DNA of 64,000 nucleotides from an uncultured Bacteroidales bacterium (GTDB lineage Bacteria; Bacteroidota; Bacteroidia; Bacteroidales; UBA932): NCBI GenBank assembly GCA_944323345.1, contig CALUSC010000006.1, positions 17,539 to 81,538 of the forward strand, read 5' to 3'. Shown piece by piece: positions 59,394 to 64,000 of this stretch (position 1 is its first letter; each line of letters starts with the position of its first letter). The notes under the pieces were generated by a model. It saw only the letters and a program-made list of their open reading frames with translations, ran no database searches and was not told where the DNA came from. The position numbers and the translations under genes were made by a program.

Positions 59394-60779
59394 ATGCAAA
59401 AAATGAAGAAAATACTTGTTTCCGCCGTAGCTGCGCTGGCTCTGCAGATGCCGGTGCTGGGGCAGACGTATCCGGACGGGGTAATAGACAAGACTGTAGC
59501 CGTAGTCGGAAATGAGATGATATCCATTTCGCAGATCGAGCAGGAGGTGCAGATCATGAGGGCCCAGGGTATGGCTTCCGACCGTAATATCAGATGCGAA
59601 CTTCTGGAGCAGATGATGACTTCGAAACTCTTCCTGATCCAGGCCAGGCTGGACTCCCTGGTGGTGAACGATGATATGGTAGAGGCGGAACTGCAGAGCA
59701 GGATAGACAATGTCAGGACCCAGCTCGGCGGAGACGAGAATGTGGAGGAATATTTCGACAAGCCTCTGTACAAGCTGCGCCAGGAGTGGCGGCAGACTCT
59801 TCAGGAGCAGACTCTGATGCAGCAGATGCAGCAGAGCATTACCGAGAAAGTCCCTGACATGACTCCCTATGACGTGCAGAAGTATGTGGAGTCGGCAGAC
59901 TCTCTCGATCTTCCTGTGGTCCCTATCAAGTATCAGCTCAGCCAGATATGTCTGTATCCGGACAGGGAGGCCGCAAACCTGGCCGTGAAGGACAGGCTGC
60001 TGGCTATCAGGGAAAGGATCATGAACGGGGAGAAATTCTCCGTACTCGCCAGGATATATTCCCAGGACCCCGGCAGCGCCAGGAGAGGGGGAGAGCTGGG
60101 CATGGCGTCCAAGTCCGTGTTCTGGCCGGCCTTTTCCGATGCGGCGATGGCGTTGAAGCCTGGAATCGTTTCACAGATAGTGGAAACCCCTGACGGGTTC
60201 CATATCATCGAGGTCCTGGACAAGAACGGCGACATGTTCAATGCGCGGCACATTCTTCTGAAGCCTGTCTACACTTCCGAAGACAGGACCAAGGCGTTCG
60301 CCACTCTGGACAGTCTCAAGACCGAACTGCAGAACGGGGCCGTTTCTTTCGACCTCGCCGCCCGTTTCTATTCGCAGGACCCTGCTACCAGGACCAACGG
60401 CGGGCAGATGGCTGATCCGAATACGGGTTCGTCATATTTCGAGATAGACCAGCTGAAGCCGGAAGACTACAACGCCATCAAGGACCTCAAGGAGGGCGAA
60501 ATATCCGCTCCTTTCGAGTCCAGGGACAACGAGGGCCGTTCCGGCAATACTGTTTACAAGATCGTCAAGGTAGACAAGATCATACCGGCACATACGGCAT
60601 CGTTTTCGGAAGATTACAAGCTGCTGTCGGACCAGGCTTCCACGGAAAGGGCTGTCGAGGCTATCGACAAGTTCATAAACGAAAAGATAGAGGATACCTA
60701 TATAATAATAGATCCTATATTCAGGGATTGCTCGTTCGAGCATGAAGGATGGGCTTCCAAAATCAGGGTAACAGAATAG
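59394..60779 (+). CDS. surA: SurA-like parvulin peptidyl-prolyl isomerase
   Basis: IDKTVAVVG, FSVLARIYSQDPGSARRGGELG, VETPDGFHII, ARHILLKP, second rotamase domain. Confidence 0.85.
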   Translation: MQKMKKILVSAVAALALQMPVLGQTYPDGVIDKTVAVVGNEMISISQIEQEVQIMRAQGMASDRNIRCELLEQMMTSKLFLIQARLDSLVVNDDMVEAELQSRIDNVRTQLGGDENVEEYFDKPLYKLRQEWRQTLQEQTLMQQMQQSITEKVPDMTPYDVQKYVESADSLDLPVVPIKYQLSQICLYPDREAANLAVKDRLLAIRERIMNGEKFSVLARIYSQDPGSARRGGELGMASKSVFWPAFSDAAMALKPGIVSQIVETPDGFHIIEVLDKNGDMFNARHILLKPVYTSEDRTKAFATLDSLKTELQNGAVSFDLAARFYSQDPATRTNGGQMADPNTGSSYFEIDQLKPEDYNAIKDLKEGEISAPFESRDNEGRSGNTVYKIVKVDKIIPAHTASFSEDYKLLSDQASTERAVEAIDKFINEKIEDTYIIIDPIFRDCSFEHEGWASKIRVTE

Positions 60780-60781
60780 TT

Positions 60782-63376
60782 ATGCGTTATTTCTACAGCA
60801 TTGCGTGTTTGTTTCTGCTGCCTGCCATGCTTTCGCAGGGGCTTCATGCCCGGGAGCAGGCTGAAGAGCAGGAGGACAGCCTCGTCCGGCTGCTCAGCGG
60901 GAAGAGTGCGCAGCTGCTGGAGATAGACGGCATGAGTTACAGAAAGATAGAAGGACCGGCAAGGTTTTTCCATAACAACACGTACCTGCTTTGCGACACG
61001 GCACTCTGGAATGTGGATACCCGTGTGATAGATGCCATAGGCAATGTCAGGATTATCCAGGACCAGACTGAACTGCAGAGCGAAAAGATGAAGTATTACA
61101 TAGACACTGACCTGGCGGAATTCCGCGGCGATGTGGTGCAGCTTCAGGATAAGGATAACAATACGCTCAGGACCAAGTTTCTGGATTATAATACGAAAGA
61201 CAGTGTGGCCGTGTTTTTCCGCGGCGGTTCGATGAAGGACAAGGACGGCCAGATCATCGAGAGCCTGACCGGGACGTACGATTCCAAGATCAAGACTTTC
61301 GATTTCGAGAATGACGTCAACATGTTCACGGACTCCATATTCATAAAGACGAATACCCTGAAATACCAGTCCGATCTGTCGCTCGCCACTTTCGGTACGG
61401 GGACCAATGCCTGGAAAGAAGAGAACATGCTGTCATCGGAATACGGGTGGTATGATCGTACGCGCGAACAGTTCTTCTTCAGCAGGAGCGTGCATCTGAT
61501 GTCCGATACCCAGGAGGCGTGGTGCGATTCCCTGTATTTCAACAGGAATACTTCGGATATCCAGATGTACGGAAATGTACAGCTGAACGATACGACAAGA
61601 AATGTCTATGCTCTCGCCGGAAAGCTGGACTACAGGGATGCCGAGTCTGTGGTGACCCTTACCAGAGATCCTGCGGTGATAACAGTGACCGAGGAAAACG
61701 GGCAGAAAGATACCGTATATTTCGGGGCTGATACATTGGTGCATTATACCATGCAGATGTATCAGATAGATTCTGCAGTGGTAGCCGAGGCGGCTCTGAG
61801 AAGGTCGAATCTGGATATCGACCCGGTGACGGAATTCCGGCGCAAGGCTGCCGAAGAGGCTGCTAAGAAAGCGGCTGAGGCGGCTGCCAATGATCCTAAC
61901 AAGAAGGCTCAGATGGAGGCTCAGAAGAGGGCGGCTGAGAAGGCTGCCGCCGATTCTCTGGCTGCTGTCCGGGCTGCCGAAGCGGCTCTGCCGCAGGTGG
62001 CGGATTCTCTGGCGGCAGGCGGTGATTCCCTGATGACGGCAGATTCTCTCGTACCGGGGGATTCCCTTGCCCTGACTGACTCTCTGGCCTTCACTGATTC
62101 ATTGGCGATTCCGGATTCATTGGCATTGACGGACTCTCTGGCATTGTCCGATTCACTGGCGGAGCCTGAATTGGACACTACCAATATCGGGTTCGTGGTG
62201 GCGTTGAGGAATGTCAAGATTTACAGGAAGACGATGCAGGTGGTCTGCGATTCCCTACTTTATTGCGATCTGGATTCCCTGGCGAGACTTTTCAAGGAGC
62301 CGGTAATCTGGAATGAAGTGACCCAGCAGTACACCGCGGACAGTATTTCGGTGGTGGTGCGGAACAATGCGATGGAAAAAGCGAGTCTGATGTCCAATTC
62401 CTTCATTCATATCGAAGAGGATACCACGCATTACAACCAGATCAGGGGTGCGGAGATGATGGCCTATTTTTCAGGTGACGGGGAACTGACCCGTTTCGAT
62501 GCACTCGGAGGGGCGTCTGCGCTGTTCTATATCGAGGAAAACGGAGAGCTGGCTACCGTGAACAAGAAGGATTCCAAGATGCTTTCCGCCGTTTTCAGCG
62601 ACGGTGAGCTGAACAGGATATATTATTTCGATACGGCGGTCAGCGATGCGTATCCTGTCGTCCAGATGACTCAGGAGGACAGGAAACTGAAAGGTTTCAA
62701 CTGGATTCCGGAGCGCAGGCCACAGGACAGACATGCCGTGACGTCTCTCGACCTGCGGCCTTCGGAAAGGACAGGATATAATGCGAGGCCGCGGGCCAGA
62801 TATGCCCAGACGGACCTGTATTTCCCTGGTTATATCGATGATATCTATCTCCAGATTTCCATCAGGGATTCATTGAATCACGTACGGTCAGTGGAGAAAC
62901 AGATGCAGGAGAGGGAAGAGGAATTGCGCCGGCAGGAGATAAAGGATTCGATAGCCATAGCGCGTCTGGATTCTTTAGAGACGGTGAAAGCTGATTCGCT
63001 GGCTGTCGTGGACAGTCTGAAGGCGGTTTCGGATTCTCTTGCAGTGGCGGATTCTCTCGCGAAGGCTGATTCCATCGCTGCCCTGAATGATCCTTCCATA
63101 GTCCTGACCAAAGAACAGATCCGGCAGAAGAAACAAGCCGAACGCGAGCAGAAGAAAAAAGACCGGATAGCCGCGAGGGAGGCCAGGTGGGCTGCTTTGG
63201 ACCAGGCTGATGCCGATAAGGAACAGGCCAGGCAGGAGCGCAAGGCCGAGAAAGCCAGGGCCAAGAAGCGGCGTGCCCTGAAGCAGGCCCAGGAGAGGGC
63301 GTTGCAGGATGCGGACATGCTGCAGAAGTATATCGAGAGGTATGAGCGGAAGCTCGAAAGGCGCCGTAAGAATTAG
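60782..63376 (+). CDS. OstA-like (LptA/LptD N-terminal beta-jellyroll) protein with DSL repeats and charged coiled-coil tail
   Basis: LLCDTA...AIGNVRIIQ, NVKIYR...CDSL.Y, KLKGFNW.PERRP motifs of the Bacteroidetes OstA-like family; follows surA. Confidence 0.82.
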   Translation: MRYFYSIACLFLLPAMLSQGLHAREQAEEQEDSLVRLLSGKSAQLLEIDGMSYRKIEGPARFFHNNTYLLCDTALWNVDTRVIDAIGNVRIIQDQTELQSEKMKYYIDTDLAEFRGDVVQLQDKDNNTLRTKFLDYNTKDSVAVFFRGGSMKDKDGQIIESLTGTYDSKIKTFDFENDVNMFTDSIFIKTNTLKYQSDLSLATFGTGTNAWKEENMLSSEYGWYDRTREQFFFSRSVHLMSDTQEAWCDSLYFNRNTSDIQMYGNVQLNDTTRNVYALAGKLDYRDAESVVTLTRDPAVITVTEENGQKDTVYFGADTLVHYTMQMYQIDSAVVAEAALRRSNLDIDPVTEFRRKAAEEAAKKAAEAAANDPNKKAQMEAQKRAAEKAAADSLAAVRAAEAALPQVADSLAAGGDSLMTADSLVPGDSLALTDSLAFTDSLAIPDSLALTDSLALSDSLAEPELDTTNIGFVVALRNVKIYRKTMQVVCDSLLYCDLDSLARLFKEPVIWNEVTQQYTADSISVVVRNNAMEKASLMSNSFIHIEEDTTHYNQIRGAEMMAYFSGDGELTRFDALGGASALFYIEENGELATVNKKDSKMLSAVFSDGELNRIYYFDTAVSDAYPVVQMTQEDRKLKGFNWIPERRPQDRHAVTSLDLRPSERTGYNARPRARYAQTDLYFPGYIDDIYLQISIRDSLNHVRSVEKQMQEREEELRRQEIKDSIAIARLDSLETVKADSLAVVDSLKAVSDSLAVADSLAKADSIAALNDPSIVLTKEQIRQKKQAEREQKKKDRIAAREARWAALDQADADKEQARQERKAEKARAKKRRALKQAQERALQDADMLQKYIERYERKLERRRKN
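62003..62160 (+). repeat. Degenerate 18-bp coding tandem repeat (xDSLxx)
   Basis: GAY-TCN-YTN starts at 62024, 62042, 62060, 62078, 62096, 62114, 62132 and 62150, plus 62003. Confidence 0.85.
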
Positions 63377-63448
63377 TCATAACCGGTGATTTCCTTTCAT
63401 TTTTCTTCATAATTTGTTTTGATTTTCCTCCGTCCGAGTAAGGGTCGT

Positions 63449-63480
63449 TTTGTCTTTTTGCGCAGAAATACATATTTTTG
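63449..63480 (+). promoter_or_regulatory. Bacteroidetes promoter for downstream susC
   Basis: TTTG (63449-63452), 20-nt spacer, TATTTTTG (63473-63480). Confidence 0.6.
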
Positions 63481-63514
63481 AAATTTGTATAAACGAATTT
63501 AACAGATTTTGCCT

Positions 63515-64000
63515 ATGGAATTTTTGCGAACGATGGCTGTTTTCCTGGCTGTCACTGTTTCTGTCATGGCATCCGCGCAGGGAGGAAATCCCCGAATTCT
63601 TGCCGGCCGGGTGACAGACATCTGGGACGAACCTCTGGCCGGTGCCAATGTCTGGGTACGGGGCGATACAGGCAACGGTACGTCTACTGACATCAACGGT
63701 TATTTTTCCATCGAACTTCCCTCGCGGGGCGACATTCTGATAGAGGTGTCTTTTCTCGGAATGAAGTCCCAGACCATTTCCTATACAGGTCAGAAAGAAG
63801 TCACTGTGATTCTGGAAGAGGATGCGAACATGATGGAAGGGGCCGTGGTCACAGGAAAGCAGAATATCAACGACCTGGATATCCGTTCCAAATCCGGTGT
63901 CATCAGTACTGTGGATGTCAAGAGGCTGCAGGACAAGCCCGTGGTGGATATGTCCGTGGCCCTGCAGGGTTCCGCTCCGGGACTCGTGGTGACGAACAGG
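63515..64000 (+). CDS. SusC/RagA TonB-dependent receptor, N-terminal part (runs off window; absent from ORF track)
   Basis: Manual translation: MEFLRTMAVFLAVTVSVMASAQ...LAGRVTD..DEPLAGANV...GTSTDINGYFSI...VSFLGMKSQ...VVTG...ALQGSAPGL. Confidence 0.9.
   Translation, partial: MEFLRTMAVFLAVTVSVMASAQGGNPRILAGRVTDIWDEPLAGANVWVRGDTGNGTSTDINGYFSIELPSRGDILIEVSFLGMKSQTISYTGQKEVTVILEEDANMMEGAVVTGKQNINDLDIRSKSGVISTVDVKRLQDKPVVDMSVALQGSAPGLVVTNR

Overview
This 64-kb window comes from a Bacteroidales chromosome, judged from SusC/SusD genes, TAnnTTTG promoters and conserved Bacteroidetes gene orders. Housekeeping blocks: the 3' end of EF-G2, a fused thrA-apgM-thrC-proC-proB-proA operon, rsmA/aspS/pheS, tRNA-Gly(GCC), maeB, sigma54 activator-lptE-secG, an N-domain-less clpB, malQ, guaB-PPIase-surA-ostA, and the start of another susC. 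Two accessory loci stand out. (1) A ~14-kb polysaccharide utilisation locus (9009-23193). It pairs the enzyme families known for D-arabinan/alpha-D-furanoside breakdown (DUF2961/GH172, one DUF4185/GH183 with intact motifs and one apparently inactive paralogue) with a fructose-PUL-type hybrid two-component sensor, a sugar porter and a PfkB kinase interrupted by one in-frame TAA. It has no GH32. This is the best candidate for an undescribed system. (2) A 10-gene type V pilus-like cluster (39134-52175) with five fimbrillins whose predicted maturation sites all use Lys. Next to tRNA-Gly is a decayed AT-rich islet with a truncated nucleotidyltransferase and a nested MITE-like element with terminal inverted repeats and a target-site duplication. 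Other oddities include an internally deleted GNAT and an OstA-like protein carrying tandem O-glycosylation sequons (DSL repeats). All family assignments come from motif recognition by eye, not database searches.
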